DNA from: Vermamoeba vermiformis
Lineage: Eukaryota
DNA length: 64,000 nt
Assembly (NCBI GenBank): GCA_045837725.1
Contig: JBEWZL010000200.1
Span: forward strand, 1 to 64,000
Reading direction: 5' to 3'
Part shown: positions 39,929 through 52,544 of the stretch, one piece after another
Layout of the letters: each line of letters starts with the position of its first letter
Numbering within the stretch: position 1 is the stretch's first letter
Notes under the pieces: model-generated
Told to the model about the DNA's origin: nothing
Seen by the model: the letters and a program-made list of their open reading frames with translations, nothing else
Database searches by the model: none
Position numbers and translations under genes: made by a program

Positions 39929-42302
39929 TTACAGCACGAAGGTAACAAAGAATATGGCGAAGGCCAAGAACGCCGTTTTCTTATTTCCGCTCGAGACATT
40001 GTTAGCTTCAAGTTGATTGGGTGAATTTGGCGATGGTATAGGCTCTGCAGTAACTACAACAATAAAAGTTAGTTAGCGTACTCTTGAGAAGTACTACATT
40101 GATCCTCATACCTTTTATAGTGACATCTTTTGTCGTTGAAGTGTTAAAAGTGTCAACTGCTGTGAATGTAATAACGTATGAGCCAATATCGGATTTTGAC
40201 GGCACTCCTTCCAACGTGATTGAAGAGATACTGCTCGATGACGCATTGACAAATGCAGGGAGCGTAGAGTCGAAGCTGAATGAAGCACACGAGTCAAAAG
40301 ATTCGCTCGCTTTTGAAGTTGTTAGTAACGCGAGGAATTGCAAGGACAGATTAAAACTCACAAGTGCAAGTGATATTAAGGGTTAACATTTCGTCAACTA
40401 GAACATCGTACTCTTCGTTTGCAGTAATGACAGGTGGTTGATTCAACAGGGCTGCATAAGATTGTTAGCGCGTTCGACAAAAAAAATTCGTGAAATTTCA
40501 ACAAACGTACTTTTAGCAGCCAGCAACGGATTAATTCTTCCGAAACCAAATGTTGAGTCCTTTAACAGGCAATTAGACGGTGATACTATTAATCAAAGTA
40601 ATATAATTCAGCGTACTTTTCCGACGTCGCCCAAATCAACAGCAGTGCTGGCAAACAGGTCCATCAGTTCTGAGGCACCTATACTCGGCTTGATCGCCTT
40701 CATTAGCGCTGAAATTCCACTGACAATTGGTGTGGCCATTGAACAGCCGGTCCATTCTTCATAGCCTCCTGACTTAACTGTACTCATGATATTTGTTCCT
40801 ATTAATAATCGTTTAGTTTTTTTTGTTAAAAATTGGTCGTTATTAGAGATTCACGGACATCTTTCGAAAAAGGCAAATAAGACTTTCATACCTGGAGCAG
40901 CGATATCAACGAAATCACCAGTGTTCGACATGCCGTTTCTTTGATCACTGGCATCAATATTTGTAACTGCATATGCGTTTGCATACGCGGCAGGGTACCA
41001 CGGTTGATTTGCATTTGAAATGTAGCTGTTCCCAGCACATGCGTTCAGTAGGACTCCTACATAAAGTTAATAAAATTCGGATACACTTACAATCTATATG
41101 TATGAACCGGACGTACCTCTGTTGTACAAGGCGTTGACGGCATCTTCGAGTGGTTGCCACTGAGTAAAGCCCTATTATAAAATTAAACTAATAGTCAAAT
41201 ATAACAGGCATAATGGCGACCAGGTCCGAAAACGGCAAATTTTGACTTGTGTATGATAGTTAATCTACATACGCCCACACTCATGCTAATGATATCTGCG
41301 CCCAAATTCGCTGCGTCTAACATGCAAGCCACGAGTTCTCCATAAGTACCTCCTTTCGTCGAGTTAAGGACCTTGCCGATAATTAAGTTGACTCCATATG
41401 CAACTCCAGCAATGCCTATTCGTCAAGACTTAGTACTACTCGCAGTAACAATCGTATGAAGGTTACTATACCAATTGTATTGTTGGTCGTTCCTGCAATA
41501 ATGCCGGCCACGTGAGTACCTAAGCACATCCGTTAGTTGAATCTTTTCTGCCCGCTATATCATTAAATATAGCATTAATAGAACTTACCATGGCCTCCAT
41601 CATCATCTGCTATATCATCGTCTGTCATATAATCGTACTGCCAGACTATTCTTGACGCATCCAGATCGGAATGCGATGCGATTCCAGAGTCGCAAATAGC
41701 AACGGTCTGATTATAATCACGTTTAACTTGATGGTTCATCATATTATTAAGGAGTAATAGAAACGTACGATATTCTTGACAAGAGTTTGTGAATATGAGA
41801 TCAGATCCCAAACATCGCTCATTTGTAGCTTCTCCATATGCCACATTGAGCTCCATTTCTCATCATTTGGCACCGCTCCGCTAAATACTATTAAAAAGTA
41901 CATCGTTAAGAATATCAATTGTACTGCTAAATTTAGCTGCGTATAATGCGGGCTTACTAACAGGTATTTCATCGACAAAGGAAAATCTAGCATCTTCTCG
42001 CAGTTTTTCAATCGATAGACTATCATCAACCTGCGTTACAATTTTAATTAGAATTTTCGGATCCGAACGGAGAATGATAATGATTGCAAACCGCTTTCTA
42101 ATGGTCATAATACCTCTATTATGAAGCCTCCTATATCTGGGAACTCTCTTCTAAGTGTTCCAATCTCTTGCACAAGATCTACCGCGCGTTTGTTTGAACT
42201 CGCTGGATTTGGTTTAACGTAAACTCTCTTGCATTCACCTAAGAATGCAATAGATATGACGCACAATACGAAAATGATATACTGCGTTCGTTGGCAGACC
42301 AT
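39929..42302 (-). CDS. S8 subtilisin-like peptidase, copy B
   Basis: Same motifs and exon structure as copy A, with long near-identical DNA blocks (e.g. 41630-41880 vs 36720-36970). Confidence 0.88.
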
Positions 42303-42520
42303 CGTGTTGACTCACTGAAAATTTTTTGCGTTTGTGTTCAAAAAGGAAATACTTGTCGGCACAAACCGACAAATGTGGCAACCCTGGCACGTGGTCGAAA
42401 CATACCGAAAAATTTGGCCAGTAAGTACTTGAACTGGTGTTGTGTGTAAATAACAGGTCGTCAAACGTTGCCACAAGGGGTATTTAAATGTGCGGTCAAC
42501 GGTATGACCAATGATCGTGC

Positions 42521-42733
42521 TCATATGACTTCTAACCCTAGCCTGCCTTTTACGTTTCGCCCTGACAAAGAAGTGAATGGTAAGCTGCCAGTGATAGGAC
42601 TAAGTAGCGTAAAGGACATTGAGCCCGTAGGAGCGGGCACAGAGACACTGGAGTACGTCGTGTTGAGGCATGAGACGGATGTAGTCAGCGAGCAAAAGAG
42701 GGCAGCGAACAAAATTAGTCCGAGCGTGCGCAT
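42521..42733 (-). other. Short signal-peptide ORF (small secreted peptide or gene remnant)
   Basis: MRTLGLILFAALFCSLTTSVSC followed by a Ser/Thr/Pro-rich stretch; no further exon identified. Confidence 0.35.
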
Positions 42734-43547
42734 CTTGTTGAGTAATCTACGAATAAACAAATCAATCATCGGTCAGTTTGCTTTAAAAGCTGTACCTTAA
42801 ACGGGCGTGTTCGTCCCGATGTCGTCCCTTGCTAATCGGGGAAAATACCGTATCTTCAGTTTTAAGGGAACACTATATTAATTGACAGGAGGCCTTCTCC
42901 CAAGTTGTCCTATTCTATCATCGAATAATTTTCACGTTTGCATTGAAATTAAATCAGGCGGGATAAAATTTTAATTTTGGCGGAAGTATCAACAGTGCTA
43001 GCACAATTATTAATCAAGGTATTTCTAATTAATTTAATTTATTCGGCATAATTAACGTAAAGGAATATTTATTTTGTCAGATTCTGATCAACAATCTTTT
43101 TGTTTATTCTTCTTTTTATATATTCACTAATCAGAAATATAATATTATATGATTACCTCACTGGACATAACTTGTTTCATTGTTGTGGGTGTTGGTCGTG
43201 CAGATAAAAATAAATTACTACTGCTAATAGTTATATTTAATTAGGTTTCCAAATTATGACAACCAGAGCTCATTAGTTCGGGCTTAGATTATTAAATTAC
43301 GCTGGAATTACCCGGCAACAGATCGAACTTGGCACACAACGGCCAGCTTTCGTTTTTGCGTAAATAATGAAAATTACGAGCGATATTCACGCATTCAATT
43401 TAGCCTATTGGCCTAAAGCCACGCGGTGCTTTTTGCCGAAGAGATCCTTTGTAGATCTCAACCGAGAATTCAGTACACAGCTGGTTTATAGCTTGATTCA
43501 GCTGCCTTATCGCATTTAAATCGAACTAATAGGCAGATACTAGCAGC

Positions 43548-46500
43548 ATGAGCTCTGTAGTCACTAAAGAAAAGCTTTCCGTGACCGGATCCCGTTCGCT
43601 GGATCGAGCTTCGAAAAGAATATCGATCGAGTATCAAAATACTCGTATTAGCATTAATGAGAGTATTGAGCAATCATCTGCGGAGGGTAAATTGCCCGAT
43701 TATCATTCGATTCCTCTCGAAGACTTCTACACTCGTTATCAAACAAGTGCAGATGGACTTGCCGCCGAAGATGCAGCATCACGATTAGGTAATATATAGC
43801 TTCTACTGTATATACATAAGTATTAATGATCAGGTTTTAGGCAAGAATGGTCCTAATGTCCTTTCACCGCCGGCTGAAAATGTTGGATTGAAATTACTCG
43901 GGTATTTGTTTGGCGGCTTTGGACCCATTCTTTGGGGCGCCTCAATTCTCTGTTTTATTGCTTGGCGGCCGTTAGTAAGTGCCTAGTGATAAGGACGTGA
44001 ACGCGTAACTGCATCTGATTTTATTATTTTAGGGTGATCCGAATCCGGACACGAATAACCTTATTTTGGCTCTGGTATTGATTGGAGTTATTATCATACA
44101 AGCTGCATTCAATGCCTATCAAGACTTTACGTCTAACAGGGTCATGAATAGCATTAAAAAACTTTTGCCTTCATTCGCGACTGGTATTCGAGAAGGTGCC
44201 CAAGTTCAGATTCAGACGTCGACTATAGTGCCAGGTAACTTAATTGTTTAATGCTTGATCAGAAAATCTAATGATTTTATAGGCGATGTGGTCAGTGTAA
44301 CGCTTGGAAACAAAATTCCGGCGGATGTGCGCTGGATTCAAGTGAACAAGCTTAAACTAGGTACGAGTAGCATCAGCTAAACATTATTTAGTATTATTTC
44401 TATACAGACACCTCCCCATTGACGGGGGAAAGCGAACCAGTTACCGCAGCTACAAGTTCGACCTCAAAGAACTACGTTGAAAGCAAAAATGTCGGATTTA
44501 TGGGTACTGCTGTCGTGCAAGGATCGGGTATTGGTGTCGTGGTTAATACCGGTGAGATCATTACTCTGAAATTAAAGAATTGCACATGATTAAATTATAA
44601 TTTTTTCCTTTTTAGGCAATAAAACGGTCATGGGGCAAATTGCGAGGACTGTATCGAAGCCAAAAGTCGAATTATCGCACCTTCAGCGAGAAATTCGTCG
44701 TTTCGTCTTAACAGTTTGTTCTCTGGCCTTCTCCATTGCAGTAATCATCGTCGTAGTGTGGGCTGCTTGGCTTAGAACATCTTATCCTGGATTTATGCCT
44801 CCTAGTGCCCTCTTGCTCAATATTATTGGTGCTGTTGTCGCGTTCATTCCTGAAGGCTTACCCGTTGCTGTGACGTTAGTGCTGACTCTCATCGCAAAAC
44901 GAATGTTTAAGCAAGTACGTATATATTGTTTTAGATTATGTATTCATATCAGAGTATTATTCGAGGATTGAATTTTTTTGAACTTGCTAAAATTTTGTTT
45001 ACACGAATATCGATAGTGATCTTTTTCCTTTTTAGGCAGTACTCGTAAAACATCTTCCTACTGTCGAAACGCTTGGCAGTGTTGATACCATTTGCAGCGA
45101 TAAGACAGGAACGCTTACTCAGAACAAAATGACCGTCGTAGATTTCTCTATCGGAACAACTGTTTATCCGTCGCGAGTCGCGGTAGATTTCACTCAAAAG
45201 AAGAGTTGGCAAGACCTCGCATTGATTGGTTCGCTTTGCAACAAGGCTGTGTACGACAAGTCCAATCCTAATGCTGCTGAACCTGTCGTTATCGGGGACT
45301 CAACTGACACCGGTATTTTGGTGAGTTTTGCCAAATAAGGCAAATACAGTCCGATTAATAACTTAATTAGTTCTAATATAACTATTTTTCATAGAATTTT
45401 TGCAATACCTTCGTGTCCGTGGAAGAAATGCGAGAAAAATATCCTGAAGTTACTGGAATTCCGTTCAATTCCAAGAACAAATGGGCCTTGACGATCAACA
45501 AAGTGGATAACAACGATGCGTTGATTTGCATGAAAGGCGCAGCTGAGTTTATGATCGATCGGTGCCCGACGTACATGAACAAAAATGGCGAAGAAAAAGA
45601 ATTCACTGAAAAGAAGAAAATGAAGCTGAAAAAGCAACAAGAAGAAAAAGGTGGTCAAGGCAAACGCGTGCTTGGTTTGTGCAAGAAAACAGTTCGCGCA
45701 TCCGAATTCGACATTTACGACGAAGATTTTGACATTGATCTGGCTGAGCAATCATTGCCATTGAATTCAATGTGCTTTGTTGGTTTGATGGCATTAATGG
45801 ACCCACCGAGGTACGTTTTTCTGTAATATTTCCTAATTTGGCAAAATTTCTAAACTTTTTTGATTCAGACCGGAAGTCGTTGAAGTCATCGCTGATTGCA
45901 AAACTGCTGGTATTAGAGTAACTATGGTGACCGGCGATCATCCTTCGAGTAAGTCACAATGCACATCCAGATCCGTACTTGTCCTAGCGGAATTAAGTCT
46001 AACTTGGCTATATTCCAGCGTCACTTGCTATTGCTCGCATGGTCGGTATTGTGACCAAAGACAAAGTGCATACATTTGCGGACATGAAGAATGACCCGAA
46101 CTACATCGAATTGACGAAAATGACCACGGAGATCAAAAAAAGCAAAAAATGTAGGTTATTCATGAAAAAAAAGAAGAGGGGGCAACGAGATCTCGAACGA
46201 GCGGAGATACAAACGCCAGATAAAGGCGAGATTGAGCTCGGAGCTTTCACGTCAAAAGATGACTGCGCCCTCGTACTTCAAGGCTCAGAACTGTCTTCAG
46301 AGCTGATGAACTCTCACGCCTGGAATTGGTGCATCAAGTACCACTCTCAAATTGTCTTTGCTCGTACGACACCTGACCAGAAACTTCGAATCGTTAAAGA
46401 GTTCAAAAAACGGGGTCATTTGGGTACGTTCAACTCTTGACACTTAAAAAGACGTCATGTTGACTCAAGAATATCTTTTTGACACGCTACGCAATCTTTC

Positions 46501-47563
46501 ATGAAATTATTAGCTGACTTACATTACGGAGCTATCAATGACAAGTGTTAGAGTTTATGACACTTCATCTAACGTGTTTTGTCTTCGCAGTTGCTGTGAC
46601 TGGCGATGGAGTCAATGACGCACCAGCGTTGAAAGAAGCGCAAGCTGGTGTAGCGATGGGCAGTGGCAGTGACGTGGCAATTCAAGCGGCGGATATCGTG
46701 CTCTTGGACTCGAACTTTAGGTCACTACTTGTTGGCATCAAGAACGGTCGATTGGTCTTCGAAAATTTACGCAAAGTCATTATCTACTTGCTGCCTGCTG
46801 GCAGTTGGTCCGAGCTACTGCCTATTTTGGTCAACGTTTTTCTCGGAATTCCGTTGCCGCTCAGTACCTTTTTGATGATTTACATTTGTGTTATCACGGA
46901 CATCTTGCCCTCGCTGTCATTGATGTACGAAAAGGCCGAATCAAATCTCATGAAAAATCCTCCCAGAAACCCAAAGAAAGACAAAATGGTCAATTCGCGA
47001 TTGTTCTTGCACGCCTACTTGTTCTTGGGCATGATTGAATCATTTGGCGCATTCTTCATGTACTTCTACTACATGGACTCCATTCATGGAATCAAGGCCG
47101 GCGATCTGTTTTTAGCTTTCGACAAATGGACTGATGGCTATTTAGGTACGAAAACTTTCGCGTGTCAAAAGTGTCAAAATGTCATTTTTCCTTTTTAGGT
47201 CTTACTCAGCAACAACTAAACGAAGCACTTGCTGGTGCTCAAACGGCGTATTTTATAGGTCTTACGTTCATTCAGTTTGGCAACTTGATGTCAACGAGAA
47301 CACGTGTTCTGTCGTTCTTTCAACACGATCCGTTTTCAGCCAAATCGAGAAACTTGTGGCTATTTGGCGGCATTACTGGTTCATTGGCTTTCATTCTTAT
47401 TCTGATCGAGATTCCGATATTCCAAGAAGTTTTCTCGGTTCGAAACATCGAGTACCAGTTTTGGCTGATGCCGCTTGCTTTTGCTGTATTGTTGTTCTGC
47501 TGCGATGAGATTCGCAAGTTGATTATCCGCCGCCATCCTTCAGTTCTATCGTGTTTTAAATAA
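43548..47563 (+). CDS. P-type ATPase, type IIC (Na+/K+ or H+/K+ ATPase alpha-like)
   Basis: [54 protein letters not shown]. Confidence 0.93.
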
Positions 47564-47614
47564 TTTTTACCAATAAACAACACAAACTGTGAAATCCTTA
47601 TTTATTTAAATTGT

Positions 47615-48964
47615 TCATATTACACGTCTAATCGATTGGTCTTTGAAGATTGATCGTGCAATTGGACCAAAGTCAAGTGTCACTCCTGGATATTTGACAT
47701 GTGACACGATCAACACCCAAATGTCACGTGGTAGTACTGGCATTGATTTGTCTGATGAATTATTGCAATGACTTGATCGTGCAATATTGTACAACAGCAC
47801 TATCATCGATCGAACTCGTTCGTTCTGAAGTTTTCTGTTACGAAGCGTTATCTCTTTGATCTGCCCTTTATCAGTGTTTCGATATAAATCACAGTCTACT
47901 ATTGATTCGTTCTCTCGTAGTATTGACAGGTCATTGAGCGGAGACTTCAAAATGAGATCCAACTTTCGCAAAGACTGTGCCTTTTTTAATCCATTTTTAA
48001 AGTCGATATTATCCACTATATTATCGGTATTGATATATAACCATAAATCTTCTAATTTCGGAGAATTGGCGAGTATTTTTCCGATCAAAGAGTACAGATC
48101 CGGCATGCAGAGGTAATCATAAAGTTCTATGTGTAAAATCCTCACTCTACTGTCCGCCAAAGCATCAAATATGTCATATCTAGAGTTCTTGTCCCAAAAT
48201 AATCCAAATTTCAGCTTCGTTAATACTTTTGATCTTTGGATCAGCCGAACTAGATGTGGCATTGCCGGTGCAGTGACCATTACATGTGCCAATTCCAGTG
48301 ATACTAATTTGTCATTATGCTTAATAAAGTACTCGCAGAATTCTTTGAATCCTTCAGCTGGAACATCGTCGCCAAACAGAGTTAGCTGTGCGAATGAGAA
48401 CTGATTGAAATTCGTTCCACTTGAAAGTATTGCTGTGATTTCGGTGAATAATTTAGTCCAATTTTCAATGCAAGAAATATCCAATTTGAAATGCTTCGTT
48501 GGGCAGTGAAGACCGTTCAGTTTTGTACTGAGCGGTGCACGTGCACTGTCATCTTCGGTGACTTCCAAAGTCACAAGATCTATATTGCAGCGATTATTAT
48601 TGTTATTGTACTCCTTAATTGCGTCAAACAGGAGTTGGATGTGCTCGCGGGTTGTCTTCGCATCTAAAACCAAAGTGATCTCACTGATTTGATAAGAGAT
48701 GTTTGAGTGCTTAATATCATCAATAAAGTATTTAATATCTTCTGCAAGCTGGGTTACAGCGATGATGACTTTTTTTACGCTTGGGTAATTAAAAATTCTG
48801 GTCTCTTTCTTCGATATTATTATCTGAATGCATAATAATTAATATACATAATAATACATCCATAGGTATATTTTTGGGTCGATAACAAAATACCAGTAAC
48901 GAGAAAATTAAAAGATAATTCGAAATCTTTGACCAATCTCAATTTAAATGGTTACCTGTGACAT
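47615..48964 (-). CDS. RNI-like LRR protein with C-terminal F-box-like motif, copy 1
   Basis: Micro-exon MSQ plus one large exon; LxxLxL repeats; LPRDIWVLIVSHV near the C-terminus. Confidence 0.8.
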
Positions 48965-49230
48965 GATTATATTGACATAAATTAATTTTGAGCAATTTTG
49001 TAGTGCTGAGCCAATGACAAAAAAAACAAAATGAAATCCGGATGTTGTTTTGGATCAAAAAACAGGCAGGTTATGTTGGCTCAAAACCAAAACTGAACTA
49101 GCTAAAAAATATTCGTCTGTTCGAACGCAACAAATAACAAAGAAAATCGTGAGAAGTGGCCGTTTTCTTGATCCCAAATGACACTTTAGAAAGTCTTCAC
49201 TGAACACCTATTAAATCTCGCTCATTTTAT

Positions 49231-50604
49231 TTATATTACACGTCTAATCGATTGGTCTTTGAAGATTGATCGTGCAATTGGACCAAAGTCAAGTGTCACT
49301 CCTGGATATTTGACATGTGACACGATCGATGTCCAAATGTCACGTGGTAGTACTGGCATTGACTCGTTCGGTGAATTATTGCAATGACTTGATCGTGCAA
49401 TATTGTACAACAGCACTATCATCGATCGAACTCGCTCGTTCTGCAGTTTTCTATTACGAAGTGTTATCTCTTTGATCTGCCTTTTATCAGTGTTCCGATA
49501 TAAATCACAGTCTACTATTGATTCGTTCTCTCGTAGCATTGACAGGTCATTGAGCGGAGACTTCAAAATGAGTTCAAACTTTCGCAAAGATTGTGCCATT
49601 TTTAATCCATTTTTAAAGTAGATATTATCCACTATCCTATCAGTATTCATATTTAACAATAAATCTTCCAATATCGGAGAATTGGCAAGTATTTTTCCGA
49701 TCGAAGAGTACAAATCTGGCATGCAGCGGTAGTCGTCGTAAAGTTCCATGTGTAAAATCCTCACACTACTATCCGCCAAAGCATTAAATGTATCATATCT
49801 GGGGTCCTTGTTACAATAAAATCCAAATTTCAGCTTCGTTAATGCTTTTGATCTTTGGATCAGCCGAACTAGATGTGGCATTGCCGGCACGGTGACCAGT
49901 ATATGCGCCAATTCCAGTGATATTAATTTGTCATTATGCTCGACAAAATATTCGCAGAATTCTTTGAATCCTTCCGCTTCAAATGGAATTTCGTCACCAA
50001 AAAGAGATATCGCAGCGAATGAGAACTGATTGAAATTCGTTCCACTTGCAAGTGTTGCTGTGATTTCAGTGAATAAATCAGTCCAATTTTCAACGCTAGG
50101 AACATCCAATTTGAAATACTTCGTTGGGCAGTGAAGACCGTTCAGTTTTGTATTGAGTGGAGTTGAACTGTCATCTTCGGTGACTTCCACAGTCACAAGA
50201 TCGATATTGCAGTGATTATTATTGTTATTGTACTCCTTAATTGCATCAAACAGGAGTTGGATGTGCTCGCGGGTTGTCTTCGCTTCCAAATCAAAATTGA
50301 TCTCGTTGATTTGATAATTCATGTTCGGTTGCTTAATATCATCAATAAAGTATTTAACGTCTTCTGCAAGCTGGGTTAGAGCGATGATGACTCTTTTAAC
50401 ATTCGGGTAATCCAAAATTCTGGTCTCTTTGTTTGATATTGTTATCTGAATGCATAATAATTAATATACATAATAATACATCTATAGGTATTTTTTTGGG
50501 TCGATAATAAAATCATACCATTTAATAAAAAGAGAAAATTAAAAGATAATTCGAAATCTTTGACCAAGCTCAATTAAAATAATTACCTCATTGATCTGCG
50601 ACAT
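49231..50604 (-). CDS. RNI-like LRR protein, copy 2
   Basis: Micro-exon MSQINE plus one large exon; similar to copy 1 throughout, including intron and upstream DNA. Confidence 0.8.
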
Positions 50605-50867
50605 GACTATATTGATATAAACTAATTTTGAGGCAATCTTGTGGTGCTGAGCCAATGACCAAAAAAACAAAAAATGAAATCCGGATCTTGTCCACAAGTG
50701 TCAGTTACGTTAATAAACCTAGATTAGCCCCAAAAAAGATTGCTCTCCAAAATCACTCAATGCCAAATAACACCGATTCTTGTGCGATGTTTCATCTTGA
50801 TCCACCAAAATGACATTTTAGTAAGTCTTCGCCGAAGACTGTAATGTTTAAATCTCGCTCATTTTAT

Positions 50868-52277
50868 TTATATTACACGTCTAATCGATTGGTCTTTGAA
50901 GATTGATCGTGCAATTGGACCAAAGTCAAGTGTCACTCCTGGATATTTGACATGTGACACGATCAACGTCCAAATGTCACGTGGTAGTACTGGCATTGAT
51001 TGGCCTGACTCGTTCGATGAATTATTGCAATGACTTGATCGTGCAATATTGTACAACAGCACTATCATCGATCGAACTCGTTCGTTCTGAAGTTTTCTGT
51101 TACGAAGTGTTATTTCGTTAATTTTGCTGGTCGGATTTGTCTTATGAACATTAATTGCGCATTTGAATTTTATTAACGATTCATTTTCTTCTAAGAAATA
51201 TGCGGCTTGCTCTTCGCTCAAGGATAATTCGGGTAGTGAAAGCGATTTTAACGAGTGTGCTGTTTTTAACGCTTCTTTAAATAGCTTCTTGTGATTAGGA
51301 TCTTCGATTAATTCTCTATCAAATGACGTTACGATCAATTCTTCTAATTTTTGAGAATTTTTAATGAGGCCAATGCACATCTCGAGGCTTGCGACTGTTA
51401 AGTTCTTTATGTTGCTATTCAGTATAGCGTCATACATGCTACTATCTCCCTTGTATAGGAAAGATGGAAATTCATATTTGAGATCTGTTAATGCTCGCGA
51501 ATTTTGTATGAGTTGACTGATCTGTTGATAATTCTTGAGGCCAATATCGAAGTTGAAGAACTCTAATGATAACAATTGCTCTCTATTTTCACTAAAGTAT
51601 TCGTAGAATTGGGTAAATCCCTTGTCGAGAGTTAACGGGCAATCGTACATGAAATTTGCATCACGGAAGGCGATCTGATTGAAATTTGTTCCGCTTCGAA
51701 GGACTGACACTAGGTCTTGAAACATACTGTCAATATTATCATCGATCGAGGCACTAAATTTGAAATATTCTGTTGGTCTTTGAAGATTTTTGAGTTTTTC
51801 AAGAGATCCGATATTTTCTTCTTCATCCTCAGCAATATTAAGGCGTTCTATCATAATAGTCAAATTACGAATCTTGTGGGTACCGGTATTATTGTATTGC
51901 TCAATCGTTGAAAAGAGTAGTTGAAAGTGCTCGTATTTTGTTCGCGAATCCGCACAAAATATCACTTCGTCTATGACTAATGGCGGCTTAAGTACTTTTG
52001 GAAGTTCAGCTATATCATTTGCATTATCTTTTAACTTTATATGGAACTGTTTGACCTCTTTGTTCGGAGATGTAATGGCGCGAATGAATATCTGCGGAAA
52101 TAAATCAGAAAATTATAAATGACGAGGCTAAAATTATTGCATCAAATTGGCACGCTATAAACCAATTTTTCAACGTTATTGTATTTATGCAACGCAAGAT
52201 GCGTTTTCGGCGAGAGCTAAACGGCATTAGTATGCTCATTATTTAGTCACCAACAGAAAATTACTCACGTTATCCAT
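50868..52277 (-). CDS. RNI-like LRR protein, copy 3 (divergent body, near-identical C-terminus)
   Basis: Micro-exon MDN plus one large exon; shares SGTNFNQ and the terminal ~75 aa with copies 1 and 2. Confidence 0.8.
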
Positions 52278-52544
52278 TTTTAGTGCTAGATTGCTGTTGT
52301 TTCGGACGTGGTAAACACTGCAGCATTCAATTAAATTAGATCAATTTTTTTTTCAAACCGTTTTCATCTTTCTCCGGAAGACGCACCAGTTAAGGGTATT
52401 AATTAGGTAACTTAATGCAGAAACAGATGTTATTATTACGGACTGACGAATATAATTCGGTGAATTGGCGCTCAGCACCAACGCGAACCTGGTTCGTTTT
52501 GAAAACGGGAGTTTAGTTAAATAACTTTGAACGGCCTCGTTTAT

